From assembly GCF_006345805.1 (NCBI RefSeq), contig NC_043000.1, forward strand, positions 139,190,001-139,254,000: a DNA stretch of 64,000 bases, written 5' to 3'. The stretch comes from Octopus sinensis (taxonomy: Eukaryota). This document shows positions 62,846 through 64,000 of this stretch, in pieces. Numbering within the stretch: position 1 is the first letter of the stretch; each line of letters opens with the position of its first letter. Under the pieces are notes generated by a model. That model was not told where the DNA came from. It ran no database searches and saw only the letters and a program-made list of their open reading frames with translations. The position numbers and the translations under genes are program-made.

Positions 62846-63347
62846 ATTTGCTTCCATTTCTTGCCGAGTGTCTTCCAGACTCCTAGGGCAGAGAAACTCA
62901 TAGTATACATGAGTATACACTAGTTCGTTCATTTTTTTTTTTAAGTTAAATTAAAATACATGGGTAGTAATAGTTCTCACATCGACAATGCTCTTCTCAA
63001 TACGTGTGATGTACCAGTTAAGACAATCTTTTGCACTTCTTGCAGGGATGGTAAGCTAGGGATCATTCTCATTAATTTTCGGTTCCCTTCTTGATCATTC
63101 CTAGTGCTCCTACGATCACTGGTATTGTAACCGCCTTGAGATGCCACATTTTCTCAATTTCAATGAGCAGATCTTTATATTTTCTGAGCTTGTCAAACTC
63201 TTTTGCCGAGATATTATGATCACAGGGGATGCTCATGTCGATCAATAAGCAATCTTTATTGTTTTAGTCTTTCACAACAATATCTGGTTTATTGGCTTTG
63301 ATGGTTCTGTCTGTATGTACTGGAAAGTCCCACATAATCGTTACATT
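62846..63347 (-). pseudogene. RLE endonuclease domain plus 3' UTR of an R4/Dong-like LINE
   Basis: Minus strand reads VTIMWDFPVHTDRTIKANKPDIVVKD*NNKDCLLIDMSIPCDHNISAKEFDKLRKYKDLLIEIEKMWHLKAVTIPVIVGALG..VQKIVLTGTSHVLRRALSM* (PD..D..K..KY motif). 5' junction lies in (TAA)n. Confidence 0.9.
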
Positions 63348-63459
63348 TTATTATTATTATTATTCAGTAGTTTTATTTTTATCACATGCTTTCACTGCAC
63401 TACCGAGCACAGTTATGTGTACCTTGGGTATGTGCTCTTGTTTGTATCTTAGACCATGG

Positions 63460-64000
63460 GCTCTCAGTTGGAGTTATCCATTTCGCGTAATCCACTTTTT
63501 CAATGATTCCGTTTTTTCCAATCTGTCCGACTCATTGTCTACTTACTTTATTGCCACAAAATGCACTTTCTTTTTAGGCTTAAACACAGGTGTAACATTA
63601 TCCATTAATTCAAAACTTGCTTCAGCTTTTGTGCTTAGATCTTGTTTGTTCAAGAGTGCTGGTAGAAACATTTTAAAAAAGTTGCTTTTAAAGTCCTCAG
63701 ATGAACTATTTTTAGAGGGACACCATTTATAATAGAGATTTATGGAGAGGTCCCATAAATAGAATAATTCTAGCCAATCAGTACCAAACAGATCGGTTGC
63801 ATTTCTAATGACGAATATTTTTGCCTTGCATGTTTTCCCTCGAAATGTGACGTTAGTCCACATTTCGCCTATGAAACGTAATTTGTTGCCCATCATGCTA
63901 CGAACAGATTTCGCTGTTTTTCTCAACACAGGCTTCCCTATTTTCTTTCACATGTCCACATTTGTTATTGAAATATCACTTCCAGTATCTAATTAAAGTT
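63460..64000 (-). pseudogene. Ty3/Gypsy (Mag-like) pol remnant: aspartic protease and RT N-terminus
   Basis: Minus strand reads LDTGSDISI..DLFGTDWL..PVFKPKKKVHF..VDNESDRLEK / GIIEKVDYAKWITP, with stops and a frameshift. Runs off the window end. Confidence 0.85.

Overview
AT-rich, microsatellite-dense eukaryotic DNA, apparently intronic or intergenic. The SINE/LINE repertoire resembles a coleoid cephalopod (Octopus-like); this taxon call is an inference. No intact host protein-coding gene is supported. Most ORF-track entries are microsatellite or SINE read-throughs. The window is a mosaic of: tRNA-derived SINEs; (GAT)n-tailed RTE LINE 3' ends; restriction-like-endonuclease (R4/Dong-type) LINE fragments in (TAA)n; a Penelope-like element (PLE) with the RT C-terminus and GIY-YIG endonuclease; a Gypsy protease/RT remnant; mariner, hAT, piggyBac-like and pogo-like MITEs; and three non-autonomous Helitrons. 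The most notable signal is a repertoire of hammerhead-ribozyme (HHR) motifs from about eight sequence-unrelated families. Nearly all sit in short cassettes in or next to (TA)n, often with foldback (inverted arm plus tail) geometry. Three unrelated families carry a compensatory U3-A8 core (UUGANAA) in place of C3-G8. One candidate 5'-UTR/start exon (34626-34954) and one CpG-retaining block (about 4790-5435) may belong to a + strand host gene. All alignments and folds were done by eye, so boundaries are approximate.
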